A stretch of 63,789 nucleotides of DNA, filler included, from Octopus bimaculoides (taxonomy: Eukaryota), in assembly GCF_001194135.2 (NCBI RefSeq). It is 7 parts of 5 records of this genome, joined end to end, with 100 filler letters (N's around TTAATTAATTAA, not from the genome) between each part and the next. Parts side by side here need not be neighbours in the genome. Positions count along the whole stretch, not along the records: positions 1 to 9,873 come from NC_068990.1; positions 9,974 to 30,239 come from NC_068990.1; 5 more parts are not named here. The stretch is one strand, 5' to 3'. The notes beneath the pieces were generated by a model, which was not told the origin of the DNA, did no database searches, and saw nothing but the letters and a program-made list of their open reading frames with translations. Each line of letters begins with the position of its first letter. Position 1 is the first letter of the stretch. Made by a program: the position numbers and the translations under genes. Positions 1 to 12,093 of this stretch are shown piece by piece.

Positions 1-125
1 GTGTGTGCCTACGTGTGTGTGTGTGCCTATGTGTGTGTGTGTGTGTGCCTACGTGTGTGTGTGTGCCTATGTGTGTGTGCGTGCCTATGTGTGTGTGTGC
101 CTATGTGTGTGTGTACGCGTGCGCA
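1..125. repeat. Compound (GT)n microsatellite punctuated by GCCTAC/GCCTAT
   Basis: Direct reading of the sequence. Confidence 0.9.
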
Positions 126-130
126 CATGT

Positions 131-289
131 GTTCCTCACCACTACAAGACAGTTGGTGTTAGTGTTTACATCCCTGTAGCATAGCTAGCAGTTTGGCAAA
201 AGAGACCGATAGAATAAGTACTTGACTAAAGGGAAAAAATAATAAGTCGTAACCACAGTCAGAGAACCGAAACAAGTAAAAAATAAAAA
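131..289 (+). mobile_element. SINE family A, 3' half (older copy)
   Basis: GGCAAAAGAGACCGATAGAATAAGTAC...GAAACAAGTAAAA matches the 3' end of the fuller copies at 290 and 22129. Confidence 0.75.
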
Positions 290-671
290 GTTGTGTGGTA
301 AGTAGCTTGCATTACCAACCACATGGTTCTGGGTTCAGTCCCACTGCGTGACACCTTGGGCAAGTGTCTTCTACTATAGCCTCGGGCCGACCAAAGCCTT
401 GTGAGTGGATTTGGTAGACGGAAACTGAAAGAAGCCCGTCGTATATATGTATATATATGTGTGTGTGTTTGTGTGTCTGTGTTTGTCCCCCTAGCATTGC
501 TTGACAACCGATGCTAGTGTGTTTATGTCCCCGTCACTTAGCGGTTCGGCAAAAGAGACCGATGGAATAAGTACTAGGCTGACAAAGAATAAGTCCCGGG
601 GTCGATTTGCTCGACTAAAGGCGGTGCTCCAGCATGGCCGCAGTCAAATGACTGAAACAAGTAAAAGAGTA
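290..671 (+). mobile_element. tRNA-derived SINE family A (CORE-like domain; resembles octopus OK/OR-type SINEs), near full length
   Basis: A-box-like TGTGTGGTAAG, B-box-like GGTTCAGTCCC, CORE-like ACCTTGGGCAAGTGTCTTCT, internal (TA)/(TG) tract and GAAACAAGTAAAAGAGTA tail. More than 15 similar copies occur in the window. Confidence 0.85.
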
Positions 672-884
672 TGTAGAAGTATAACCAAATTATTGCACTT
701 AAATTTTAACAACGCAATCTTATATGGACTCCCAAAGGGCCATATGGAATCCGATCGAGAATCACTGGTTCAAACCCATATCAGTAACAGTATTAAGTTC
801 ACAAATTTCCCAAGGCTTGGTCTCCGATCCATACCCCTTTACAAATAAAAATTGTGTTCATATCACATAATATTGCCTCAGCTG

Positions 885-1085
885 ATCCTACGTTATTCAA
901 ACTATCTCGCATTCCGTCGGCTACGATGACGAGTGTTCCAATTGATCCGATCAACAGAACAGCTTACTCGTGAAATTAACGTGCAAGTGTCTGAGCACAC
1001 CACAGACACGTGTACCCTTAACGTAGTCCTCAAGGAGATTCAGTGTGACACAGAATGTAAAAGTCTGGTCCTTTCAATTACACAT
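885..1085. repeat. Interspersed retroposon-like repeat
   Basis: CCGTCGGCTACGATGACGAG...GATCCGATCAAC...CCTTAACGTAGT resembles a recurrent octopus repeat as I recall it; not verifiable here. Confidence 0.35.
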
Positions 1086-2299
1086 ACAACTCACTTTTGG
1101 CAGAGGAATGGATTGGAAAAACGTGAAATAGTCTTGCTCAAAGAAACAGTGCAATCGTCGGGTATCGAAAAAAAAAAAAAAAAAAAANNNNNNNNNNNNN
1201 NNNNNNNNNNNNNNNNNNNNNNNNNNNNNNNNNNNNNNNNNNNNNNNNNNNNNNNNNNNNNNNNNNNNNNNNNNNNNNNNNNNNNNNNNNNNNNNNNNNN
1301 NNNNNNNNNNNNNNNNNNNNNNNNNNNNNNNNNNNNNNNNNNNNNNNNNNNNNNNNNNNNNNNNNNNNNNNNNNNNNNNNNNNNNNNNNNNNNNNNNNNN
1401 NNNNNNNNNNNNNNNNNNNNNNNNNNNNNNNNNNNNNNNNNNNNNNNNNNNNNNNNNNNNNNNNNNNNNNNNNNNNNNNNNNNNNNNNNNNNNNNNNNNN
1501 NNNNNNNNNNNNNNNNNNNNNNNNNNNNNNNNNNNNNNNNNNNNNNNNNNNNNNNNNNNNNNNNNNNNNNNNNNNNNNNNNNNNNNNNNNNNNNNNNNNN
1601 NNNNNNNNNNNNNNNNNNNNNNNNNNNNNNNNNNNNNNNNNNNNNNNNNNNNNNNNNNNNNNNNNNNNNNNNNNATATATATATATATATATATACATAT
1701 ATACATACATACATACACATGCCATTCATATGTACACATGGTACATTTAGGCTTATACATAGATATACAATAAATAATTACACGCGTGTGTACTAAAAAA
1801 GATATGTACGTCCATTATCTGCCTTGATTCAAACAAAGGACCTTTGTCAGTTTGTTAGCGGCTGGCTTGAGTTCTCCAAATGCATTCTTTAAATAAATCT
1901 AAAAAAAAAATTGTGCACAAACATCCATGCATATATACATACATACATACATACATACATACATTGGTATGTACGTATATACATCAGTACGTACGTACAT
2001 ATATTAAAGTTGTGTCTTCTATTACATTATGTTGTTGCTAAACCAAACTACAGTAGCGTCTGTAGAGAAGATTGCTCTCATCTAAATATAAAAAAATATG
2101 TCTGAAATTGTGTATATACTTAACATTTCATTATAAGGAATATTGCTAGAAGCTGGACCTTAAATCTTCTACCGAATGCAGACATAGCAGACGTACGCTA
2201 TAGGATTTTCCCGACTGAAAAGAACAAAGAAATACGTCCAGTCATAGAAGATAAGCGTCATGATAATGCGAACATTCCTGTTAAAATCCCGGAGAAAAA

Positions 2300-2460
2300 T
2301 AAATGTATTATGGACGACAGCTTCGAAATAAAATCCAAACAGAATTTGAGAATAGTTTCTTTCTAGTAACAATAGAAACTGTGCTTTTATATGGTTGCAC
2401 AATATGGACTCCCCAGAATTTAGCACTCTATGATTGTCAAGTTTGTTTAATGCATAGCCC
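2300..2460 (+). mobile_element. RTE-like LINE reverse transcriptase C-terminal remnant
   Basis: Translation FFLVTIETVLLYGCTIWT resembles the RTE motif (F..TVE.VLLYGCETWT). Confidence 0.45.
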
Positions 2461-2490
2461 AGGTAATTACAGAGAAATTCTAAATTTTAA

Positions 2491-2723
2491 GTAGCGTGGC
2501 TGTGTGGTGAGAAGTTTGCTTCCCAACCACATGGCTCCGGATTCAGTCCTAAAGCATGTCATTTTGGGCAGGTGTATTCTAGTGTAACCTCGAGCCGACC
2601 AAAGCCGTGTGCGTGGACTTGGTAGTCAGAAACTGAAAGAAAAACGTCGTATATATATATATATATATATATATATATNNNNNNNNNNNNNNNNNNNNNN
2701 NNNNNNNNNNNNNNNNNNNNNNN

Positions 2724-2783
<60 letters not shown>

Positions 2784-3058
2784 TGTGTTTGTTTATATCA
2801 CTTATGTATTTCAGTCATGTGGCGGCAACATAGCGCGCGCGTGTTTGTCTTTGTGTCTGTCCCCTACCACCGATTGACAGCAGGTGTTGGTATGTTTATG
2901 TCCCAGTTATATAGCGGTTCGGCAAAAAACACAGATAGAATAAGTCCCAGGCTTAAAATAAGTGCACCTGCAATCGATTCATTTGACTAAAAATTTCTGA
3001 AGGTGGTGCACCAGCATGGCCGCAGTCTAATGAGCGAAGCAAGTAAGAGATAAAAGAT
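2491..3058 (+). mobile_element. SINE family A with gapped internal microsatellite
   Basis: GCGTGGCTGTGTGGTGAGAAG head and GCACCAGCATGGCCGCAGTC tail match other copies. Confidence 0.8.
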
Positions 3059-3167
3059 GAGCAATTGTGAGAGACACGGGTGAGAAACTCGTCCAAATCA
3101 TGTTTGAAATTATCAACCAGCGCCATAACAATGAGGTTCTGGTTTTCTTCAGGTAAATAATTAAGCA

Positions 3168-3330
3168 ACTGAGAATTTCTAAAGTTAAAACATCCACCAA
3201 ATCCACTCACAAAGCTTCGGTCGGCTCGAGGTTTCACTAGAAGATACTTTCCAAAATGACACGCTTTAGGAATGAATCCAGAGCCATGGGGTTGGGATGC
3301 AAACTTTTTACCATACAGCCACGCCTGCAC
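3168..3330 (-). mobile_element. SINE family A 5' part, inverted relative to the 2491 copy
   Basis: Reverse complement gives GTGCAGGCGTGGCTGTATGGTAAAAAG...GTGAGTGGATTTGGTGG. Confidence 0.75.
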
Positions 3331-3331
3331 C

Positions 3332-5510
3332 TATGACGTAACTCATTGTCCGCAATCCACGCACCCCCACTATTTATTTCCTTCTCAAAATTCACAGGCC
3401 CAACAAACCTGGCTGCCCCATCGTTTCCGCCTGCAACTGCCCCACGGAAACGATCTCCAAACACCTCGACCGTATCCTTGATCCCCAAGTGGCTTCCTTC
3501 CTCTCCCACATCCACGACACTTACCTTACTTTCAGTCATTTCAACTTTCTCCTTCCCTTCTGGCCCCTCTAAATTTCTGTTCACACTTAATATCAAAAGA
3601 TTATATACGGTGATTCCACACAACAAAGGACTTCTTGCGTTCAAAATCTTTCTAGACATTCGACCTGACCCTCAACCTGACATCTTCACGCTTCTTCGTC
3701 TGCGAACCCTTTCCATTGGCTACGTTGAGGCCCAAATATTCTCACAATTCACTGATCCCACTTCCGAACTATACGGTCGTTATATCGATGAGTGTATCGA
3801 CGCGACCCCACACTCACGCGAACAACTAGACTCTTTCCTCTCTTTTGTTCAATCCTTCCATCCTGCTCTCGAATTCTCTTCCACTATCTTTAACTCTTCT
3901 GTTGAATTTCTCGACATTTCTGTCACCATACACTACTCCGCTCTCAATACCTCCATCCATTACAAACACACTGATTCACACTCCTACATTAACATCTCCT
4001 CCTCCCATCCTACACACACCAAGCTCTCCATCCCCTATTCTCAATTCCTCAGTCTGCACAGGTTCTGCAGTGGCAACCATGACTTTGAGACTCAGTCTCA
4101 ATTCATAGATTGCCGCTTCATCCTACGTGGATATCTCCTCACCACTATCCACACTGCCCTTATCAGGGCATGATCTGTGAACCGTGCTTCTGCTCTTTCT
4201 CTTCGCACCCGCCCCGCTGTTGCCGGTCCCCAGTTTCCCCTCGCCTAGCACCCCTCCACCCTGCCCCTCAAATGCACCATTATCCGAGCCATCCTGTGAC
4301 TCCAGTCCGACCCCACCACCTCGCACATCTTCCCAAACCTACCCCTTACCTCCTTCAAACGAGCCCATAACCTGCGTGACGTCCTGGTCCACACATTCTT
4401 CCCTAACCCCTCCTCCCAGCCTGGCTCATTCTCCAGCTCTCACCCACGCTGTCGCACATATCCAATACCACCATCCTCACAGGCATCCATCACTGTCCCT
4501 ATCACGTCAACGACTCTTATCTGCACCTCTAGTAATGTCATTTACTGCATCTCCTACTCTCTGTCCTTCCCTGTATATCGGTCAAACGGTACGTCGCTTG
4601 GCTGATCGGTTCGCGGAGCACCTCCGAGATATCAAACTCGGCAATAACACCCCGGTCATATGCCATTTCCGCTCTACCGGCCATTCGTTTACAACATCTG
4701 TCTCTGCTCAGACTGTCTTTGCGCAGAGGTTATCCGGACTCCCGCCTTCACTCTGAACAAGAATTGATCTTCTCTCTTCGGTCCTTTCCGCCATATGTAC
4801 TCAACTCACCTCCTCTCTTCATCTAACACAAACCTCACCTCCTCTTTTCATTTGATACCAACCCATACAACTCCACACACACTAGTGCTAACCACTTCTC
4901 AGCACCCACACAACACACCATCATCTACACACCCACACACAATCTTCAATAGCGTCACTACACATACTGCTATATCAGCAGCCATACACACTGTTTAAAT
5001 TAGTACACAAACCACACACCATCATGCAAGCTCCCACACCCATACAAGCAGATAATACCTTAACACAGACAATATATACAGACACATGCAATACACACAA
5101 GCACACGCAACATAAATAGTGAAGGATAACTTTCACCCACATATATACACCATACACATGCACAATGTTTGGTCACAGATATACAGACACACACACACGT
5201 TACACACGAACACATTCACACGCATCAGAGTCACTCGCCCCTATTCACACATACACACACATTCACATACGCCATTCTCACATACACACGCACGCGCACC
5301 TCTTGTTGGGATCACTAGCACTATTATTACCTCCCTTTCTTTCAACCTCTTTTTTTCCAATCAATCGCAATTTTGGACCGCTGAAATCTACAAGTTTTTT
5401 TCATTCTCTCTGATATTTTCTCTTATTCCTTTCTGTTGAAGAGCGTCAACACTTGCTTGTTGTTCATAGACCTGTCGTCGTTTTCTGTTTTTCTATAAAT
5501 TTCAACTATA
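3332..5510 (+). mobile_element. Penelope-like element (PLE), 5'-truncated and decayed
   Basis: RT and GIY-YIG coding remnant 3350-4826, followed by a CA-rich 3' region and a terminal segment ending in (TA)n. Confidence 0.85.
3350..4826 (+). pseudogene. PLE reverse transcriptase + GIY-YIG endonuclease, frameshifted
   Basis: Peptides across frames: RTPTIYFLLKIHRPNKPGCPIVSACNCPTETISKHLD, FTLNIKRLYTVIPH, YGRYIDE, SIHYKHTDSHSY..SSSHP.HTK.SIPYSQFL. These are followed by VIYCIS..LCPSLYIGQTVRRLADRFAEHLRDI (GIY-YIG) and EQELIFSLRSFPPYVLNSPPLFI-stop (TAA 4824-4826). Confidence 0.88.
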
Positions 5511-7185
5511 TATATATGTATATATATCGCTCAGAGATTTATTATTGTTTTATATATATATATATATATATATNNNNNNNNNNNNNNNNNNNNNNNNNNN
5601 NNNNNNNNNNNNNNNNNNNNNNNNNNNNNNNNNNNNNNNNNNNNNNNNNNNNNNNNNNNNNNNNNNNNNNNNNNNNNNNNNNNNNNNNNNNNNNNNNNNN
5701 NNNNNNNNNNNNNNNNNNNNNNNNNNNNNNNNNNNNNNNNNNNNNNNNNNNNNNNNNNNNNNNNNNNNNNNNNNNNNNNNNNNNNNNNNNNNNNNNNNNN
5801 NNNNNNNNNNNNNNNNNNNNNNNNNNNNNNNNNNNNNNNNNNNNNNNNNNNNNNNNNNNNNNNNNNNNNNNNNNNNNNNNNNNNNNNNNNNNNNNNNNNN
5901 NNNNNNNNNNNNNNNNNNNNNNNNNNNNNNNNNNNNNNNNNNNNNNNNNNNNNNNNNNNNNNNNNNNNNNNNNNNNNNNNNNNNNNNNNNNNNNNNNNNN
6001 NNNNNNNNNNNNNNNNNNNNNNNNNNNNNNNNNNNNNNNNNNNNNNNNNNNNNNNNNNNNNNNNNNNNNNNNNNNNNNNNNNNNNNNNNNNNNNNNNNNN
6101 NNNNNNNNNNNNNNNNNNNNNNNNNNNNNNNNNNNNNNNNNNNNNNNNNNNNNNNNNNNNNNNNNNNNNNNNNNNNNNNNNNNNNNNNNNNNNNNNNNNN
6201 NNNNNNNNNNNNNNNNNNNNNNNNNNNNNNNNNNNNNNNNNNNNNNNNNNNNNNNNNNNNNNNNNNNNATATATATATATATATATATATAATAAGATAA
6301 GAAAATAGAAAGATAATTGATAAATTATATATAATGAGATAAGAAAATGGAGAGATAATTAATTAATTATACATATATAAAGTAAAATATATATCTTCTA
6401 TGAACTGTATTTAGAGTTAGCATTTACATGCATGTTAAAAGATAGAATGGGGTCATCGATATTCCAATAGAATACTGACCTATAAATCGTTACCCCGAAC
6501 GATTAGAAACTAATTCATCATTACACCATGACGTAGAGGTTACTTCACTCGTCGCTTCACAGCCTCTATTTCGACGCTGTTCACTAAAAAAAAAAAAACT
6601 ATCCTTGGTTTAAATACGAGATTAGATATTTCCATTAACACCGGTTCACAGATTTCTGCCTAACACTAGAGCGTACTCACGCCGCCTGCCTACCTTGGTT
6701 CTCGTCACTCGATGGTTGCATCAAAACAACCAGGATTTTGCTGTCTATGAAAGTGTCAGTAAAAGTATTTTCTTTTACTTATGGGTCTCTTTGAGTTTAG
6801 TTTTACTTGAGTGGACACTCATAGTCACTCGATGTTTAAAAAAAAAATCCTATAATATTTTTAGTATTAAATATTATCAGAAACTGCATAAATAAATTAA
6901 GCTATTTGATGTATTGAAGAAGTATAAGCAATTTATTGCACATAAATTTTAACAAAAGAAAAGAAAAAAAAACAGCCTTATAAAAACACCCAAGAGTCAC
7001 ACGATCCCCAGTTGGAAACTATTGTTCTAGATATCAATGAGCGACCCGATGCATACAGTAAATAGACGATCGGATATTCAGAAGCTTGCTATCGTTACAG
7101 TTCAGTCAGCTGGGCTGCAAGTTTACAGATGTAGCCGTCAGTTTTATGGATCGTTTGATAAAACGTACATACACACATACATAGA

Positions 7186-7248
<63 letters not shown>

Positions 7249-7499
7249 ACGCACACACATACACACAGTGATTAGGTAGAAACAATCAGCAGAAATAGAA
7301 AATAAAGGACAGTGTGGGCATGGGAGAAACTTTCGGTCCTTGAGTAACTTTTGTAACTTTTTGCTCATTAAAAGTAGACAAAAAAAAATATATACATTGT
7401 TATATGTATGTGATGCAAGAAACATATCCCGGTATTAAAAAAGCTCGATCGCATATGATATCATTTCGGATCGATCTCTTCACCACATCTGTATCTTAG

Positions 7500-9620
7500 T
7501 ATTTAACACATATTTGAGTACACGTGTAGTTTTCTCGGCAAAAGACGAATGTGGCCTTTCTTTATACGTTTTTCTAGGAGTATTAAGATGTCAGAATTCT
7601 AAACAGTAATTCTGCCTACAATCTGTCATTTATTGCTTGTTATTCTATGTCGCTTAGATGCGAAACAGTGAATGTGTGACAAAAAGGATATATCGCAAAT
7701 CGTGACTGATTCTGGTGGAAATTGTGCTTTCTTCAAAGTTATGTACAGACTCCTTTTTCATATAATAACGCAAAGAATTTTGTTGAGTTCATAATATTAT
7801 TCCATTCCGTTTCATAAATATATACTAGTCTTAACATCAAAAGCTGTTACTTCGATGAGAACACTAATTAGGCTGAACTTCTTTAGCCATGTCTCAACAA
7901 AAAAGGAAGGTCTGAGAGCACTATCTTGTAGATTTCTACTAGCTACAAGTTATTTTACCGTGCGTATTTGATGCAAGACGTACGGTTGTCATTTAGACTC
8001 AGAGAATCTGGAATCTAATTATCCTATGATACCACTGTATCATAGTTGGGAAAGCCTTGGCAACGTCTCATTAAAGCCAGTTGATACGCCTGCCAAAATA
8101 AACTTCAGTATCTCGTCAAAATACTAAATGAGATGGGAAACAGCTACGTCTCTGCAACAAAACCATGTTAAATATCGCCGAAGAAATTATTGCTTATGAG
8201 AGAACTAATAATTCTTTCCAAGTATTCCTTGAAACATGTGTGAGGAATTACTTGGTTTTACTCTGTTTCCTTGTTTGTGAATTTCTACAATTGACCTACT
8301 TTAAGACTGTCAGACGTTTTGTGGCATTCATATTTCTAACGGATACTTGAACATTTTCGTATCATTATCGAATGATGTTTGGTAAACATCTGATTCTAGA
8401 TTTGAGTTGATATCAATATAATTCTGTAGAGCGTTGGAGAAAATGCCTTGCAGTTTTTAGGTCATATTCCAGCGAAGTTATTCATCATTCCAAGGACGAT
8501 AACATAAAGTATCTGACAGAAACTGGAGTCGATTTCAATCGGTTATATCCTTTCTTCAAATCTGACTGTGTGTCTATATCAGAAATTTACATACCTTATA
8601 GTCTAAGGTGGTGAGCTGGGAGAATCGTTAGCACGCCGTGCGAAATGCTTAACGGCATTTCGCCTGTCTTCTCGTTCTGAGTTTAAATTCCGCTGTTCAT
8701 CTTTTCGGGGTCGATAAAATCAGTTGAACACTGAGTCGATTACATCGACTTACTCACCACCCCGAAAGTGCTGGTTTTGTTCCAAAATTTGAAATCAATA
8801 AATTATATTGGCTGCTATAACTTTTATGAAAGCTAAGTGGGTGAGTGACTTGTGTACGGAGATTTTTGTTCAAGTTGAAAATCTCTGGACAGCGAACGTT
8901 GAAAAATTCTTTTAATGAGCTAAGAGAATACGGCTTCGTATTAGGATTGTTTTGAGAATGTTGCTCATCTTTGATGAAACATTGCTGTGTGATCCATCTG
9001 AATTTCTGAAGAGGTCGTTCTTCTTCAAAATAAAATTATCGTATATTGGGAACGAATTTTAAAGATTTAAAATTCGTTCCCAGCATGAGATAATTTTATT
9101 AAGTTTTTCTATGTGTTGCTATTCTATTTCGCCACTTTGTTTTTCAGAAAGATTTACATCTTGGAATAGTAGTATTAATATGTTTATAGTTTTTCTATCT
9201 AATGTTTTAATGGTCGTTCTCAGTTTCTGTATAAAGTTAAAAAAATTCACGATTTGCTTCAGTCGCTAAATATATTACAAAATATTTCCTCATCCCTTTT
9301 CTAAGTTACCACCATCATCTCTACGTTTCTGTACTTCAACATCAAATAACTTTTGTTATTTATCCCTAGATTAAGTGCTGAACAAGCAAATTTATTCCAA
9401 CGTGGCAATCCCATCTATTTTGAAGATTAGCTTTATCTTTGACAACGCATCTAATGTGTCCATTTTCGCAAGACGGCAGAGTATAGTCTGAAGGAAAAAT
9501 TTCCTGCTATTCTAAGAGGATGAGCAACCGAATAGAAGCTTTTCTCTTTGGATCCCTTAGACAAATTCTTCTTCTTCATTATCAACTAGTTTCTTCTTAT
9601 ACACCATTCTACAAATTTGT
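7500..9620 (-). mobile_element. Heavily decayed non-LTR retrotransposon remnant (possibly R4/Dong-like), interrupted by a SINE and a hairpin
   Basis: Only weak, broken RT-like patches (e.g. RNLQDSALRPSFFV resembling GI.QGDSLS..LFV). Confidence 0.25.
8605..8800 (+). mobile_element. tRNA-derived SINE family B (Nin/Deu-like central domain)
   Basis: AAGGTGGTGAGCTGGGAGAATCGTTAGCACG head, GTTCTGAGTTTAAATTCC B-box region and TTTCGGGGTCGATAAAAT core. Confidence 0.8.
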
Positions 9621-9626
9621 TACCAA

Positions 9627-9873
9627 GGCGTAGGAGTGGCTGTGTGGTAAGTAGCTTGCTTACGAACCGCATGGTTCTGGGTTCAGTCCCACCGCGTGGC
9701 ACTTTGGGCAAGTGTCTTCTACTATAGCCTCGGGCCAACCAAAGCCTTGTGAGTGGATTTGGTAGACGGAAATTGAAAGAAGCCCGTCGTATATATGTAT
9801 ATGTATTTATATATATATATATATATATGTATGTTTGTGTATATGTTTTTATGTCTGTGTTTGCCCCCCCCCC
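9627..9873 (+). mobile_element. SINE family A, young copy cut by the segment end
   Basis: GGCGTAGGAGTGGCTGTGTGGTAAGTAGCTTGC... is very close to the other copies. Confidence 0.85.
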
Positions 9874-9917
9874 NNNNNNNNNNNNNNNNNNNNNNNNNNN
9901 NNNNNNNNNNNNNNNNN

Positions 9918-9929
9918 TTAATTAATTAA
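9918..9929. other. Artificial contig/scaffold linker TTAATTAATTAA in a 100-nt N spacer
   Basis: Palindromic 12-mer with stops in all six frames, flanked by 44 N on each side. Confidence 0.9.
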
Positions 9930-9973
9930 NNNNNNNNNNNNNNNNNNNNNNNNNNNNNNNNNNNNNNNNNNNN

Positions 9974-10006
<33 letters not shown>

Positions 10007-10370
10007 CATATACACATTACATTACATTATACCCACACATATACACACACAAAAACATATCTGCTTTTATATAAATGTATAGACGTATGTATATTTCCGT
10101 ATTCACGAATGGCTTCCTTTATCAGTCCATTTCTATCATTCTCATTATCCCTTCTCTCTTCCTTTTCTTTGTCGTTGTTGTTCTTCTTTTTTTCCAACAC
10201 TCAGCCCTTGATTAGCTATTTATTGATTCATAAACACATAAGTAAACTTGATTGCTTTTATCATGTTGATGATAACTAATCGTTCAGACAACAGCAATAA
10301 TATTGATAATACTGCGGATATCTAAATAGTTAAGAATATATTTGCAAATAATAATAATAATAATAATAAT

Positions 10371-10760
10371 CCTTTCTACTGGAAGCACCAGGCCTCAAAT
10401 TTGGGGGAAAGGATTAAGTCGATTACATCGACCCCAGTGCGTAACTGGTACTTATTTCATCGACCCCGAAAGGATGAAAGGCAAAGTTGACCTCGGTGGC
10501 ATTTGAACTTTAATAACGATAATAATAATAATAATAATGGATTCAAATTTTGCCACAAGGGCAGCAATTTTTGGGGTCGGAATGAGTCGATTACATCGCC
10601 CCCAGTGTTCAACGGGTATCTATTTTATCGACTACGAAAGGACGAAAGGCAAAGTCGACCTCGGCGGAATTCGAACTCAAAACACGAAGACGGACGAAAT
10701 TACTGCTAGGCATTTCGCCATTTCGCCTGGCATGCTAACGATTCTGCCAGCTAGCCACCT
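10371..10760 (-). mobile_element. Two head-to-tail SINE family B copies separated and flanked by (AAT)n
   Basis: The core GAAAGG..AAAGGCAAAGT.GACCTCGG occurs twice (about 10470 and 10640); head GCTAACGATTCTGCCAGCTAGCCACCTT ends at 10760. Confidence 0.82.
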
Positions 10761-10771
10761 TGATGATGATG

Positions 10772-10883
<112 letters not shown>

Positions 10884-11799
10884 GTGGAGGAAGAGAAGGA
10901 TAAACAGTGGCAGTCGATTACGTCCGCGCCAGTACACCACTGGTAATTTTTTCTATCCACCCCAGAAAGATGAAACGTTAAAATCGTCTCCCTCAGAATT
11001 TCAGCACGGAACGTACGTATATAGCTATCAATTTGGAATATCTTAGAAACTGAGACTATTTATACAGCCGAGCTAACATCGCCGTTGCTGGATTAAATCT
11101 TAGGGAATAACTATTTAATGATGATATGGGTAAAATTTGTCCCGAAAGATAAAATTTATATCGGACTATAATTTGTAACATTATAGCTAACAAAATGACG
11201 TGGTGTGTTTGCTCTAGTTGACCAACACTGAACATGCTTTCTGGAATATTCGGAAGAAGAATGGTTCCTGATTTAGGAAGAAAACGGAAGGAATTTTGTG
11301 GGCAGGTGTAGTCGATTTCAATGACTTGACTGGTACTTTATTTTATCGATACTTGAAGTATGAAAGACAATGTTGATCTCTGCTTAATTTGAGGTCAGAC
11401 GGGGAAAAAACCACAAGAAATATTGCAAAATATTTTTCCGAAACACCTGCGGTATGATTGTTCACTTACTTGGTGAGATGGGCAAGAAACCTTTGGGTTC
11501 AGTACCAGGATAAGATTTAAAACTATAGAGGTAATGCCACAGAATAAAAAAGAAAATAAATAAAGAATATTATGAGGTAAACATTTCCATAATAGAGAGT
11601 CAAGTGCCGCTTAAGGCCAGTCAGGTTACCCCACCGAACCAAAATTGCCCTAACTACTAAGCATAACTCTTTATTACCTGATGTATTCTGCTGTCTACAT
11701 GCAAACACTGAGTTTAGGTCCATTAAGGGCGATATCACACACTTTCTAACAGTTTTACAAACTTGCAGTTCCCTTCTCTCTACAATCAATTTCTCCTCG

Positions 11800-11800
11800 T

Positions 11801-11877
<77 letters not shown>

Positions 11878-11915
11878 CTCTCTCTCTCTATCTATCTATC
11901 TCTCTCTCTCTCTCT
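11800..11915. repeat. (CT)n/(CTAT)n microsatellite
   Basis: Direct reading. Confidence 0.9.
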
Positions 11916-12060
11916 TAGCAAAACTTGAACCTTTAGCATAGTGTAGGTGCATCATGTCCCCATATGAGTTTTCTCCCCGTAGTGACAGGGCAGTAGCAGG
12001 GAAACAATTCTTGGGAAAATGCAGTTTGTTAGAAGGTTCAAAAGTCGAAGCGTTATTGGC

Positions 12061-12093
<33 letters not shown>

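Noticed and set aside
290-400. tRNA-like A/B boxes here and in other SINE heads
   Set aside because: There is no complete cloverleaf, and each continues into SINE body sequence, so these are not tRNA genes.
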